Part shown: piece by piece, positions 28,280 to 38,848 of the stretch
How the letters are laid out: every line of letters begins with the position of its first letter
Numbering within the stretch: the first letter of the stretch is position 1
NCBI GenBank assembly: GCA_049903315.1
Contig: JBNGBT010000003.1
Location: forward strand, 192,001-256,000
DNA from: Candidatus Cloacimonadota bacterium
Lineage (GTDB): Bacteria; Cloacimonadota; Cloacimonadia; JGIOTU-2
Reading direction: 5' to 3'
DNA length: 64,000 nt
The notes under the pieces: model-generated
Databases searched by the model: none
What the model was told of the DNA's origin: nothing
What the model saw: the letters and a program-made list of their open reading frames with translations, nothing else
Program-made: the position numbers and the translations under genes

Positions 28280-29614
28280 TCACTGCAGCTCATTTTCGTC
28301 GAAGTAAGGTCCTAAATAATCTTTCCAGTCCGGAACAGTAAACTCGAAATCATCGTTATCCACATACACAAGCTTATAATTTCCCATCTTTGTGAAATCC
28401 ACAAATACATAGATACGCTTTCCACCAATATAATATTTCCATATGATGTACGGTTTTGCATCGTATTCATAACTCTTATCAATCACTTCTTCCGGTTTGC
28501 CTTGACGAATGTAAATTCTACCTCTGTCAGATTTCCAGCCATCTCCGTAATGAGAAAAATTCCTGTTCGTATAGTTCACCCGGCGAATGATCTCTTCTTT
28601 ATATTCATTCTGTTCTGTCTTTGGATTTGGATCGTTCTGCTCCCAAAAACGCTTCAGAAATTCAGCGCGTCCTTCATCATCAAGATTCTCATATACACTC
28701 TCTTCATAGTTTGTCAGAAAATATTTGGCATACCGGTACTCTTTATCGATTTCCGCCTGCGAAATAGCTTGCTGGCTCTCTTGAATGAAAATTAAATCTT
28801 CCCGAGATGCAATTGGTTCATCAGGATTATCTTTGGAATAAAGGTTGAGGGTGAGAAGATATGTACCGGTTTCCCATTGTGAAATAGGTATCCATTTCCA
28901 GAATGGTTTTGTCTTCAACGTTGATGAGAACTTCTTCTCTTCATTATACACGGAGTTTTGATCTTTGTTCTCAATGCTTAAAACCCATGTCCCTTCCAGG
29001 GGATTCTCGAAGGTTGAAACGTTTTGAAAAACTTCAAAATAATAAGTAAAGCCCTCATCCTTCTCAAGTTCGAAAAGATGATTTGGGTTTACAAGGAAGA
29101 GGATATTATTTCGTTTGAAGTCCTGAAATTCTGCTGTTGAATCACTTTGATGAAAAGAGCTTATCTCAATATCACTGAGATTCATATGAGTGTAATCGAG
29201 AGTATTATATGTTTTTTCCCAGGTGATGCTCTCTGAGTTCACACGATCCTGGATGTTAATTGAAAACTTATATAACCCCGGTGTTACAGTAGCTTTCATT
29301 TTATCAATAAAAAACTCATCGTGATAAATGGAGGTTTTATCAAGATCAACCTTGATTTGCCTGATAAAATCTTTGTTATACAGTTCCTGTCCTTGCGCAT
29401 TATAGATATTAAAATTTACATGCAATTGTGCCATAAGGATATTGTCCTGTGCAGTAAAATCAAGGTCAGAATCAAAAACTTTGTAGGTTATCTCGAAGGT
29501 TGTATTTCCATTTTCTGCAGGAAAACGGTTACAGTCAAAATACACATTCAATTCCGCAATGAGAAATATTGGGATGAACACAAGTAGAAGTGTAAATAAT
29601 AATTTATTTTTCAT
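28280..29614 (-). CDS. GWxTD domain-containing exported protein
   Basis: Signal peptide; FWEQNDPNPKTEQNEY...RRVNYTN...GWKSDRGRIYIRQGKP. Confidence 0.88.
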   Translation of the reverse strand: MKNKLLFTLLLVFIPIFLIAELNVYFDCNRFPAENGNTTFEITYKVFDSDLDFTAQDNILMAQLHVNFNIYNAQGQELYNKDFIRQIKVDLDKTSIYHDEFFIDKMKATVTPGLYKFSINIQDRVNSESITWEKTYNTLDYTHMNLSDIEISSFHQSDSTAEFQDFKRNNILFLVNPNHLFELEKDEGFTYYFEVFQNVSTFENPLEGTWVLSIENKDQNSVYNEEKKFSSTLKTKPFWKWIPISQWETGTYLLTLNLYSKDNPDEPIASREDLIFIQESQQAISQAEIDKEYRYAKYFLTNYEESVYENLDDEGRAEFLKRFWEQNDPNPKTEQNEYKEEIIRRVNYTNRNFSHYGDGWKSDRGRIYIRQGKPEEVIDKSYEYDAKPYIIWKYYIGGKRIYVFVDFTKMGNYKLVYVDNDDFEFTVPDWKDYLGPYFDENELQ

Positions 29615-32600
29615 TGAAGTCCACCTTCATATTTTCTATGAAATGTCCATTATTTTGTAAATATCTGTAAAGATTTTTATGTGGAAATATTTTATACCGC
29701 TGCGATTCGATCCTGAGTGTACCGAAAAGTTTTGTGCGGACATTGAACACGACCCTGAAATTACCGGGATGGGTGAGTATCTGTTCTTCAATAAAATGGT
29801 TCAAATCCTTCTCAGAGTATTGCGTTTCATCTATTTCAAAAGATATGTTGCCGGAAATGTCTTTTTGCCAGTTTTCTTCGAGAATGATCTGATCAGCAAC
29901 GATTGAAAGATGATCCTTGTTTTCTCTGAGCTTTGATGAAAGTTTGCCAATGACATAAATAATATCTTTTTCTTTTATCAAGTCACCGAACTTTGTATAC
30001 TCATTAGAGAAAAGCACCACTTCAAATTTATCATGCAGGTCTTCACAGGACACAAAGGCCATGGTTCTTTTCTTTTTATCTTTAATCAATTTCACTTCGT
30101 CCACTATACCGATCATCCTAACATCCTGGTTGCGTAGTTCATCACGCTTGCCGTTTTTCATACATTTCTTATACTGCAGAGTATTTAGATTTGTAAGTGT
30201 TTTAATATCTTTCTCATAAGAAGTGAGGGGATGACCGGAAATGTAAAAACCCAGAAGTTCTTTTTCCATATCAAGACGCCTGCCGAATTCCCATTCTTTT
30301 TTATCAGGAAGGGGAGGGTAGAGATCCTGATCATTTGCCTGCAGAGATGCAAAAAGAGAAGATTGTCCTTTCTGGCGTTCCCGCAGTTTTTGAGAGCCGA
30401 ATTCGAGTGCGGTTTCTACTACTGCATAAAGTTGAGTTCTCGTGCCGTCAAGATCATCAAGTGCTCCTGCTCCTATAAGACTCTCCAGCGCAGTTTTATT
30501 GAGTTGATTTGCATCTACTTTTTCGCACAACTCAAAAATATTTTTAAAGATAGGATGATTTTTTCGAGCCTCAATAATTGCACGGATTGCATTTTCTCCC
30601 AAACTCTTTATCGCTTTCAGTCCGAAAATAATTTTCCCGTCTCTGACCGTGAAATTGTAATCGCTGAAATTCACATTCGGATGAAGCACTTCTATGTTCA
30701 TCTTATGGCATACTTCTATGTTCCGGGCTATCTTTGCAGCATCATTTTCTACAGTCATCAACGCAGCCATGAATTCTGCAGTGTAGTGGCATTTCAGGTA
30801 TGCGGTCTGGTATGCAATCATGCTATATGCTACACTGTGAGATTTGTTAAATCCATACCTGCCGAATGTTTCAATACGCTCAAATATCTGGATAGCTTTT
30901 TCCCTGGATATACCTTTTTTTACAGCCCCTTCGATGAAAATAGGGCGGTATTTATCCATGAGCGATTTGTCTTTTTTGCCCATGGCTTTTCGCAGGATAT
31001 CAGCTTCACTCAAAGAAAATCCTGCCAAGACATTCACGATTTGTATTACCTGCTCCTGAAAGACGATCACCCCGTATGTTGAGCGCAGAATATCTTCAAG
31101 CATTGGGTCGAGATAATCGACCTTTTCCTCATTGTTTTTTCTGCGTATATAGACTTCGTGCATACCGCTGTCGAGCGTACCAGGACGGTATAAAGCATTG
31201 CAGATGGCAAGGTCTTCGATAGAACTCGGCTTTATGCGTTTGAGTATTCCTCTCATTCCTGAACTTTCAAATTGGAAGACACCATCTGTTTCTGCTGTAT
31301 GGAAGAGCTTGTAGGTCTCTGTGTCATGCAGGTTTATCTCGTCAATGTTGAGCTCAATGCCATGATGCTTCTTGATAAGCTGAAGCGCTTTTTCTATGAT
31401 GGTCAGGTTTTTTAATCCGAGACAATCGATTTTCAATAAACCAAGTTTTTCAAGGCATTTTCCGTCATACTGAGTAATGATGGTTTTGTCTTTCGGGCTA
31501 ATTGCAAGGGGAATATGGTTGGTGAGAGTATCCGGTGCGATCACTACACCTGCTGCATGCACACCCAGATGCCTGGGCAATCCCTCAAGAGTTTTGGAAT
31601 ATTCCCAAAGTTCTTTATATTCATCTTTACTATTTATCAACTCACGTAACTTTTCATTTTGATCATAAGAACTTTCAAGGTATACATCGGGACCTGTTGG
31701 GATCATTTTTGCAATTGCATCAACTTCATAGAGAGGAATGCTCATAGTCCGACCAACATCTCTGACAACCATCTTTGCTCCAAGACTTCCAAGGGTACCG
31801 ATCTGGCTGATATTATCCTGTCCATATTTTTTCAGGATATATTCGAGCACTTTTGGGCGTGTTTCATTGGAAAAATCCGTATCGATATCAGGCATACTCA
31901 CTCGTGCTGGATTGAGAAATCGTTCAAAGAAAAGATTGTACCTGATTGGATCGATCTTGGTAATGTCAATGAGGTATGCGACTATACTTCCGGCGGCAGA
32001 ACCTCTTCCTGGGCCGACAGTGACTTCCATTTCCCGTGCGGCTTTAATAATATCCCACACAATAAGAAAATAGCTCCCGAATCCCATTTTTTTTATAACT
32101 GCAAGCTCATGCTCGATTCGATCTTTTATTTCATCAGTCAACTCATCATATTTTTTTTCAACTCCCTCATATACAAGCTTTCTTAAATATTCATATTCAT
32201 CAGAATATCCTTCCGGAATCGTGAAGTTCGGAAAGAGGAAACCCTCATAATCCAGTTCGAGATTGCATTTATCTGCTACTTTCAGTGTGTTCTCAATTGC
32301 TTCGGGAATATCACTAAAAAGACTCTTCATTTCATTTGGACTGCGGAAGTATATCTGATCCGTAGTAAATTTCATCCGGTTGTCATCTTCCAGGATTTTT
32401 CCTGTTTGAATACACAGCAGTACATCCTGAGCTTTTGCATCGATTTTTTTTATAAAATGACAATCATTTGTTGCCACAAGCGGAGCACCGGTTTCTTTTG
32501 AAAGTTTCCTAAGTTTTTTAATCAGGTCTTCCTCTTTATCAAGCCCAAGCCGCATAATCTCAAGGTAGAAATTTTCCTTTCCGAATATCTTCTGATATTT

Positions 32601-33074
32601 TTCTACAACAGACACTGCTTTATCGTATTTGTTTTGAAGGATCATCTGGGATACCTCACCCTGCATGCAGCCGCTAAGCCCGAGAAGTCCTTCAGAATAT
32701 TTTGTAAGCAGTTTTTTATCAATTCTCGGTCTGTAGTAATGCCCCTGTATGAAGGCAATACTGGAAAGTTTCATGAGATTGTGATACCCGATTTGATCTT
32801 TCGCAAGCAAGGTGATGTGATGACGGCTTTGCTGTTTATCCTTTTCAGATAAAATGCTTCCGTTTATAATGTATCCTTCCATCCCAATAATGGGTTTGAT
32901 GTGATGAGCTTTCGCTGTTTTGTAAAAATCGATCGCACCAAACATATTGCCATGGTCCGTCATGGCGAGTGCAGGCATTTGCCACTCGGAAGCCAGCTTC
33001 ATCAGGTCGGTGATTCGGCTTGCACCATCTAAGAGACTGTACTGAGTGTGGTTGTGAAGATGGACAAAGGACAC
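29604..33074 (-). CDS. dnaE: DNA polymerase III subunit alpha
   Basis: FVHLHNHTQYSLLDG, TDHGN, GRGSAAGS, MPDIDTDF and YGFNKSH; no intein seen. Confidence 0.98.
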   Translation of the reverse strand: MSFVHLHNHTQYSLLDGASRITDLMKLASEWQMPALAMTDHGNMFGAIDFYKTAKAHHIKPIIGMEGYIINGSILSEKDKQQSRHHITLLAKDQIGYHNLMKLSSIAFIQGHYYRPRIDKKLLTKYSEGLLGLSGCMQGEVSQMILQNKYDKAVSVVEKYQKIFGKENFYLEIMRLGLDKEEDLIKKLRKLSKETGAPLVATNDCHFIKKIDAKAQDVLLCIQTGKILEDDNRMKFTTDQIYFRSPNEMKSLFSDIPEAIENTLKVADKCNLELDYEGFLFPNFTIPEGYSDEYEYLRKLVYEGVEKKYDELTDEIKDRIEHELAVIKKMGFGSYFLIVWDIIKAAREMEVTVGPGRGSAAGSIVAYLIDITKIDPIRYNLFFERFLNPARVSMPDIDTDFSNETRPKVLEYILKKYGQDNISQIGTLGSLGAKMVVRDVGRTMSIPLYEVDAIAKMIPTGPDVYLESSYDQNEKLRELINSKDEYKELWEYSKTLEGLPRHLGVHAAGVVIAPDTLTNHIPLAISPKDKTIITQYDGKCLEKLGLLKIDCLGLKNLTIIEKALQLIKKHHGIELNIDEINLHDTETYKLFHTAETDGVFQFESSGMRGILKRIKPSSIEDLAICNALYRPGTLDSGMHEVYIRRKNNEEKVDYLDPMLEDILRSTYGVIVFQEQVIQIVNVLAGFSLSEADILRKAMGKKDKSLMDKYRPIFIEGAVKKGISREKAIQIFERIETFGRYGFNKSHSVAYSMIAYQTAYLKCHYTAEFMAALMTVENDAAKIARNIEVCHKMNIEVLHPNVNFSDYNFTVRDGKIIFGLKAIKSLGENAIRAIIEARKNHPIFKNIFELCEKVDANQLNKTALESLIGAGALDDLDGTRTQLYAVVETALEFGSQKLRERQKGQSSLFASLQANDQDLYPPLPDKKEWEFGRRLDMEKELLGFYISGHPLTSYEKDIKTLTNLNTLQYKKCMKNGKRDELRNQDVRMIGIVDEVKLIKDKKKRTMAFVSCEDLHDKFEVVLFSNEYTKFGDLIKEKDIIYVIGKLSSKLRENKDHLSIVADQIILEENWQKDISGNISFEIDETQYSEKDLNHFIEEQILTHPGNFRVVFNVRTKLFGTLRIESQRYKIFPHKNLYRYLQNNGHFIENMKVDFNEK

Positions 33075-33110
33075 ATTTTCTCCTTAAGAATTTTGATTAT
33101 TCATAGAGAT

Positions 33111-33142
33111 AAAAAAAAGGCAGTCAAATATTTTCGACTGCC
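33111..33142 (-). terminator. Intrinsic terminator after rpmA
   Basis: Minus strand GGCAGTC-gaaaatattt-GACTGCC followed by T8. Confidence 0.8.
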
Positions 33143-33171
33143 GATGTGATTTTTATATATTTCTGAAAAAT

Positions 33172-33456
33172 TTAGTTTAATTTTTCGTACACACTCACCT
33201 GACGGGTTCGTTTTCTTGTCGTGCGGAAACCTGTAAATCGATAGGGCTCGAATTTCACAAAACCATCTATAAGTGCATATATTGTAAAATCGTTCCCAAG
33301 ACCTACATTTTTACCAGGATGTATCTTTGTGCCTTTTTGACGAACGATGATATTTCCCTTTTCGACAAATTGTCCGGCATATTTCTTCACACCAAGATAT
33401 TTTGGATTACTATCTCTTCCGTTTTGAGTGCTGCCTACACCTTTTTTATGTGCCAT
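33172..33456 (-). CDS. rpmA: 50S ribosomal protein L27
   Basis: [16 protein letters not shown]...[15 protein letters not shown]. Confidence 0.98.
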   Translation of the reverse strand: MAHKKGVGSTQNGRDSNPKYLGVKKYAGQFVEKGNIIVRQKGTKIHPGKNVGLGNDFTIYALIDGFVKFEPYRFTGFRTTRKRTRQVSVYEKLN

Positions 33457-33464
33457 GATATCCT

Positions 33465-33782
33465 CTAATTAATAATTATATCTTTAATCTTTATTTCCGT
33501 AAAATCCTGACGATGTCCTTGTTTTCGACTGTAACTTTTACGTTTCTTTTTCTTGAAAACAATAATCTTTCTGTCTTTTCCATGACCAAGTACTTCAGCG
33601 ATCACTTTGGCTCCTTTTACAGAAGGTTTGCCAATATGTGTCTTGTTGTCATCATCGAGAAGTAAAAGGGAATCGATCTCAATTTCCGAGCCGATCTCTT
33701 TGTCTTCAAGATATGCAACATGAAGGACATCATCTTTTTGAACTTTTTGCTGCTGCCCTTTAAAATCTATTATTGCGTACAT
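33465..33782 (-). CDS. rplU: 50S ribosomal protein L21
   Basis: [14 protein letters not shown]...[21 protein letters not shown]; start at 33782 after an AGGAG RBS. Confidence 0.97.
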   Translation of the reverse strand: MYAIIDFKGQQQKVQKDDVLHVAYLEDKEIGSEIEIDSLLLLDDDNKTHIGKPSVKGAKVIAEVLGHGKDRKIIVFKKKKRKSYSRKQGHRQDFTEIKIKDIIIN

Positions 33783-33832
33783 CTCTAACTCCTTATAATT
33801 AGGAACTGCAAACTTCCAATGCACTTTTTGTG

Positions 33833-33838
33833 TGTCAA
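33833..33838 (-). promoter_or_regulatory. Sigma70-type -35 box (TTGACA) for rplU-rpmA; representative of 15 such boxes
   Basis: Perfect TTGACA ~50 nt upstream of the rplU ATG; see the promoter finding for the other sites. Confidence 0.65.
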
Positions 33839-33856
33839 GTTTTATGAAGTTTTACA

Positions 33857-35365
33857 CTACACCTGATATAGATCGGTAATATCCTTCTTTGATTTGGATG
33901 AAATAATTTTATAATCAGTGATTCTCATCTCTCCATCAAGACTGAATTTCCATGTAAATGGGTACTCTGCTTTGATGACCGGTTTTTTTTCCAGAATATA
34001 TTCATAAACCCATGGATGAATGTGTATTTCAAGCTCATCTTTCGAGTGATATTTTGCTGCACGATCCATCCATCGGAAAATATTATCGAGAATACTGATG
34101 CGTGACAGCACCCGTCCCGTACTCTGGCAACTGGGGCACTGTTCATAGAAATTGGAAAGCATGTTTGACTTTGCGCGTTTTCGGGTCATTTCAACCATAT
34201 TCAAAGGGCTGGAGGAAAATATTTTATTCGGACAGTAGTCCTTACTCATTTCTTCTCGGAAAGTTTGAAGTACCTTCAGGCGGTTCTCCGGTTTGTACAT
34301 ATCGATAAAATCAATAAAGATCATACCTGTAAGGTCCTGCAGACGGATCTGGCGCGCAACCTCTTTGGACGCTTCAATGTTTGTGAGTGTCACAGTATTT
34401 TCAAGACTTTTATTGCCGACGAAACTGCCTGTATTTACATCAATGGAGACGAGGGCTTCTGTCTGCTGTATGACAATAAAACCGCCGCTATCAAGATATA
34501 TTCTGGAGCGGAATATCTTGGAAAGTTCTTTCTCGATCCCATAGGCGTCGAATATATTTGCATCTTCTCGATACAATCTGATTTTTTTTATCAGATCAGG
34601 AGCGATCATTTTCAGCCGTTTAATAATATTTGCTCTCACCTTTTTTGAATCTATGATCACTTTATCTATATTTTTGTGAATAAGATCCCTGATGATGGTC
34701 GAAGTGAGGTCATTATCGTTATAAATGCAGGTTGGATTGGGTGAGTCTTTGAATTTTTGCTGAATCTCATGCCATGTTTTTTTGAGATTTCTATATTCTT
34801 TTTTAAATTCCTGCTCAGTATGATACTCCGCAAAAGTTCTGACTATGAGTCCGACATCCTTTTCTTTTAAATCTGAAAAAATATGTTTTAGGCGACGTTT
34901 TTCTTTGCTTGAACTTATTTTTCTGGAGATGGCTATATAATTTTTATTTGGCATATATACCATGAAGCGTCCGGGTATCGATATCTCTCCTGTGAGCCGT
35001 GCGCCTTTTTTAGAAATAGGTGCTTTTTCCACTTCAACCATTACTTCCTGACCGCTTTCGAGGAGTTCACCCATCTTATAAATATCGTTCTTGATCTCTT
35101 TCAGGCTGGAATCATCGATTTCTTCGAGGTCCATAAAATCAGGAACCGCATCGCGGAAATGCAGCAGGGCTGTTCGTTCCAAACCGATATCAATGAAGCT
35201 AGCGCCCATTCCAGGGACGTTATCTTTTACAATTCCCTTGTAGATATTACCTACAATTTCATTCTGGTCTTCTCGGTGTATAAATAGCTCTACAAGTTTG
35301 TTGTTTTCAAGAAACGCCATTCGATTGGCAAAAGTGCTGATGTTGACTACTAATTCACTTTTCAT
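33857..35365 (-). CDS. rng: Ribonuclease E/G family (RNase G-length)
   Basis: VGNIYKG, FIDIG, KGARLT, IDVNTG, DFIDM, EMTRKR and CPSC; GGAGG RBS before MKSEL. Confidence 0.93.
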   Translation of the reverse strand: MKSELVVNISTFANRMAFLENNKLVELFIHREDQNEIVGNIYKGIVKDNVPGMGASFIDIGLERTALLHFRDAVPDFMDLEEIDDSSLKEIKNDIYKMGELLESGQEVMVEVEKAPISKKGARLTGEISIPGRFMVYMPNKNYIAISRKISSSKEKRRLKHIFSDLKEKDVGLIVRTFAEYHTEQEFKKEYRNLKKTWHEIQQKFKDSPNPTCIYNDNDLTSTIIRDLIHKNIDKVIIDSKKVRANIIKRLKMIAPDLIKKIRLYREDANIFDAYGIEKELSKIFRSRIYLDSGGFIVIQQTEALVSIDVNTGSFVGNKSLENTVTLTNIEASKEVARQIRLQDLTGMIFIDFIDMYKPENRLKVLQTFREEMSKDYCPNKIFSSSPLNMVEMTRKRAKSNMLSNFYEQCPSCQSTGRVLSRISILDNIFRWMDRAAKYHSKDELEIHIHPWVYEYILEKKPVIKAEYPFTWKFSLDGEMRITDYKIISSKSKKDITDLYQV

Positions 35366-35395
35366 GAAAAAAGCCTCCAAAAAATAAATAAAAAA

Positions 35396-37858
35396 TTAAT
35401 ACAGTTCGATTCTTTCTATATAAAAAGTTCCAATTTGCTCTTGTGAATAAAGAAAAGCCCTCTCAAGGATTTCAAAAATGTTTAGTCCTAATTTTTTAAA
35501 AATGTCGACACCATTTGATAACAGTTTCACTTTCACAAAATACTCGCTTAAAAATATTTCTTTATTCTTTCTTTCCGAATAAAAATGTATATCCTGAAAA
35601 CTTAATATCTTTTGCCAATCAATTGATTTATCATCAGAAGTTATTCGTATATGCTCCCCTGTTAAACGCATCTTATAAGAAGAGCCCATATACGCAACTT
35701 CTTTGAGAACCAGATCTTTTGGCAGATTCACGTCAAGTTTTTTCCTTATTTCCTCTTCATTAATTATATTAAGTAGTGAAAAAGAAAAAATTTCCTTTCT
35801 TCCAGCCATCCCGAGGCTGAGGGGAGGACCAAAAGATATTTTTGGATGGCGATTAAAACCCTCCGTATGATAGACAGGCAAAGAACTCTTCCTAAGAATT
35901 GTATAAACGAGAGCGGAGAGCTCTTTGTGGGAAATAAAGCGCAACTTGTCGCCCTTTTCATATACAACCTTGTATACGAATCGAGAATTAACTTCTTGGA
36001 TTATTGGGTGAAGTTGCGGGGTATCAATAATTGGAATTGGAGTTTCCTTTGTATAAATTGGCGACATATTATTACATATTCCACACTGTGAACATTCACC
36101 ATCTCTGCAATCCTCAGTTAAGATGTACTGTTTGGATTTATTATACTCTTCAACAAAAAAATCCTTTTTGATTCCACAGTCAATATGATCCCAGGGAAGA
36201 GCTGAATCAACAGGAATTTCATCGTAATATTTATTAAGATCGATGCCTGTTGTCTCTGCAGATTTTTCCCACAATGAATAATCAAAAGAGGTATTCCATG
36301 CATCGAATTGTGCACCATTTTTATAAGCTTCGTAAATGAGGTTACCAACTATCCTGTCACCTCGTGCAATAACAACTTCAAGCTTAGATTGCTCAATCGT
36401 ATGATATTTGATCGTGATCTTTTTAGTTTTTGAAAAATAATGTTTTATAAGCGATACCTTATACAGAAATTCTTCTGTTGAATCTTGTCGGCACCACTGA
36501 AAAGGCGTATGAGGTTTTGGTACAAATGGCGCTATGCTGACATTTATCTTTGCAATTCTTTTAGGATTTACTGCATACATTTTTTCAATGAGCGTTATAA
36601 TCGACTCAATATCATCTTCTGTTTCTCCAGGAAGTCCTACCATGAAATATAGTTTGATAGAGCGAATCCCAAGATTTAGAGCATTTGCGACTGAGGTGAG
36701 AATTTCTTCCTCGCTGATATTTTTATTAATACTGTCTCTGAGCCGTTGAGAACCGGCTTCCGGTGCGAGTGTAATTGTCTTACCAAGTATCTTCGCAAGC
36801 TTGGGTTGAAAACTATCATCAAACGTATCGATTCTTAAAGAGGGCAAAGAGATCGTGATGTTCGATTTTGGAAGCGTCTGCATAAGAGAAGAAAGGAGCG
36901 GTTGGATCGCAGAATAATCTGAAGTGGAAAGTGAGTTTAAAGAAATCTCTTCCCATCCGTTGACCGCAATATCATCATAAATTTGCTTTTCCAACAAACT
37001 GCAATCCCGCTCTCTCACAGGACGGTAGATCATGCCTGCCTGGCAAAAACGGCAGCCGCGTGCACATCCTCTCATTATCTCAAATGCAGGTCTGCGATGC
37101 ACTATGTCTATTATCGGCATCAATTGAGGAGAGTGCATTTTGTTTGGAACGTTAAAATCTTTGAAAAACCTTCGTGTAATTCTCGTGGGCACATCAACTT
37201 GCTTTGGCATGATATACGTTCCCGAATCATCGCTCATTTGCATGTAAAAAAACGGGACATAGATGCCCTGAATTTGAGAAAGGAGATGTAATTTTTTATC
37301 TCTTGATTCCAACTTATTTTGTCTGAGGAGTTCTACAATTTCCAGTATCACATCCTCGCCGTCACCGATAACAAATGCATCAATAAAGTAAGATAAAGGT
37401 TCAGGATTGTATACTCCGGGACCTCCTGCAATGACGATCGGGTCTGATTCAGTTCTTTCTGCGGACAATATTGGAATTTGTGCAAGATCGAGCATTAAAA
37501 GGATATTGGTGCAGGAAAGTTCATACTGAAGAGTGAATCCAAGAATATCGAAATCTTTCAATGGAACACTATCTTCAATTGAAAAGAGAGGAATAGATTT
37601 TTCCCTCAATAATTTTATAAGGTCGACATCCGGCGCATACACTCTGTCTGCTGCAAAATGTTTATCATTATTAATTATAGAGTAAAGAATTTTGAGCCCA
37701 AGATGGGACATGCCGACTTCATAAAGGTCGGGAAATGCAAGTGCTATATTGAAATATTGTTCAGATATTTTTTTCTTTTTAGTATTGTGCTCGTTGTTTG
37801 TGTATCGTCCCGGTCTTTTAAGAAAATAGAGGTATTTCGTAATATCGATTGTGCGCAC
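35396..37858 (-). CDS. TIGR03960-type B12-binding radical SAM protein fused to a TIGR03936/DUF2344-type C-terminal domain
   Basis: FPDLYEVGMSHLG, RGCARGCRFC, APEAGSQRLR, FVPKPHTPFQW and DCRDGECSQCGIC, then YEKGDKLRFISHKE...GFNRHPKISFGPPL. Confidence 0.9.
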   Translation of the reverse strand: MRTIDITKYLYFLKRPGRYTNNEHNTKKKKISEQYFNIALAFPDLYEVGMSHLGLKILYSIINNDKHFAADRVYAPDVDLIKLLREKSIPLFSIEDSVPLKDFDILGFTLQYELSCTNILLMLDLAQIPILSAERTESDPIVIAGGPGVYNPEPLSYFIDAFVIGDGEDVILEIVELLRQNKLESRDKKLHLLSQIQGIYVPFFYMQMSDDSGTYIMPKQVDVPTRITRRFFKDFNVPNKMHSPQLMPIIDIVHRRPAFEIMRGCARGCRFCQAGMIYRPVRERDCSLLEKQIYDDIAVNGWEEISLNSLSTSDYSAIQPLLSSLMQTLPKSNITISLPSLRIDTFDDSFQPKLAKILGKTITLAPEAGSQRLRDSINKNISEEEILTSVANALNLGIRSIKLYFMVGLPGETEDDIESIITLIEKMYAVNPKRIAKINVSIAPFVPKPHTPFQWCRQDSTEEFLYKVSLIKHYFSKTKKITIKYHTIEQSKLEVVIARGDRIVGNLIYEAYKNGAQFDAWNTSFDYSLWEKSAETTGIDLNKYYDEIPVDSALPWDHIDCGIKKDFFVEEYNKSKQYILTEDCRDGECSQCGICNNMSPIYTKETPIPIIDTPQLHPIIQEVNSRFVYKVVYEKGDKLRFISHKELSALVYTILRKSSLPVYHTEGFNRHPKISFGPPLSLGMAGRKEIFSFSLLNIINEEEIRKKLDVNLPKDLVLKEVAYMGSSYKMRLTGEHIRITSDDKSIDWQKILSFQDIHFYSERKNKEIFLSEYFVKVKLLSNGVDIFKKLGLNIFEILERAFLYSQEQIGTFYIERIELY

Positions 37859-37876
37859 ATCATTCCTTGCTGTGAA

Positions 37877-38497
37877 TTACCTGTTTTTCACATAACTCGG
37901 GAATACATGCCACGGTACATCTTTCCCTTTCAGGATATATTTTTTGTAAAAATCCTCTTTTTTATAAGAATATAATTGGGTTTGTTCCAAGTCGCCATCA
38001 TTGCCGAGCATATTTGTGCTGTCTTGAGCTGCGAGGACTATGCTTTTATCCTCAAACAGGTCGCGGTGCAAAACTCCTTTTTTCTGGAGATTTAAACCAA
38101 TAACAAAGAGCACCACAAAGATCACTACAAGCGCAGTTAATTTAAAAAAAACTTTTGGAATTAGAACTTTTTTTGCGTTTTCCTTTGATATTTTCGCAAA
38201 TGGCGTATGCTGTTTTTTCTCTTTAGGAGCATATTGCTCTTTGTAGAGATTCATGGTTTTATCAATACTGGCTCCGATATAACGGGCATAATTCAGAATA
38301 TGCATCCGTGCAAACCTGATATCGAGCAATTCGTGAAGTGAATCATTCTCGATTGCATCCAGAAACTGGATCTTGATCATGGTTTTCTCATGCACATCTT
38401 CAAGAGATATATTCTTGAAAATTCTGAATGCTTTGAGGTATCCCCCAATGGTTTCAGATGATTGCTTCTCTTCTTTTTCCGAAAATTTTAATGCCAT
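37877..38497 (-). CDS. RodZ-like helix-turn-helix membrane protein
   Basis: IGGYLKAFR...ISLEDV...I...LDAIE...YARYIG, then one TM segment. Confidence 0.8.
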   Translation of the reverse strand: MALKFSEKEEKQSSETIGGYLKAFRIFKNISLEDVHEKTMIKIQFLDAIENDSLHELLDIRFARMHILNYARYIGASIDKTMNLYKEQYAPKEKKQHTPFAKISKENAKKVLIPKVFFKLTALVVIFVVLFVIGLNLQKKGVLHRDLFEDKSIVLAAQDSTNMLGNDGDLEQTQLYSYKKEDFYKKYILKGKDVPWHVFPSYVKNR

Positions 38498-38506
38498 TAA
38501 AATCCT

Positions 38507-38848
38507 TTATTTCCACAGTACATACATCATCAACGAACCTGCGACATTGCAGGCAATATCTTTATAACTAAAATGCTGTCCCCGAACTTTATCGTCAAAA
38601 ATTTCTTTAAATATTCCGTATAAAGTTGTCAGACTAAATGCCCAGGTCCTGCTTATTCCTGATTTTATGTGCCCTGCGTTTTTCAATGTCTCGTACTGCC
38701 AGCAGTACACAAAAGCCGAAGAAAGAAAATGCGAGTATGAATCATGAGCTAGAAGAGGTTCATCGAAAAGCTTCAACGGTTCTGCTTCAAGGTGTAGAGG
38801 ACAAAAACATATTGCCAATAAAACCAGAGATATTACAAGAAATCTCAT
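38507..38848 (-). CDS. YfiM/DUF2279-like small membrane protein
   Basis: DSYSHF...GIFKEIFD...FSYKDIACN resembles the DKxxHF/KExxD/SxxD pattern; start placed at MRFLV (38848). Confidence 0.65.
   Translation of the reverse strand: MRFLVISLVLLAICFCPLHLEAEPLKLFDEPLLAHDSYSHFLSSAFVYCWQYETLKNAGHIKSGISRTWAFSLTTLYGIFKEIFDDKVRGQHFSYKDIACNVAGSLMMYVLWK

Noticed and set aside
30231..31082. 283-aa antisense ORF in dnaE and other long antisense ORFs (9605-10201, 24840-25370, 56680-57198, 63136-63672)
   Set aside because: Shadow frames of well-conserved genes, with no motifs of their own.
29604..33074. Intein or split in dnaE
   Set aside because: Length (1156 aa) and motif order are normal, with no intein signature.
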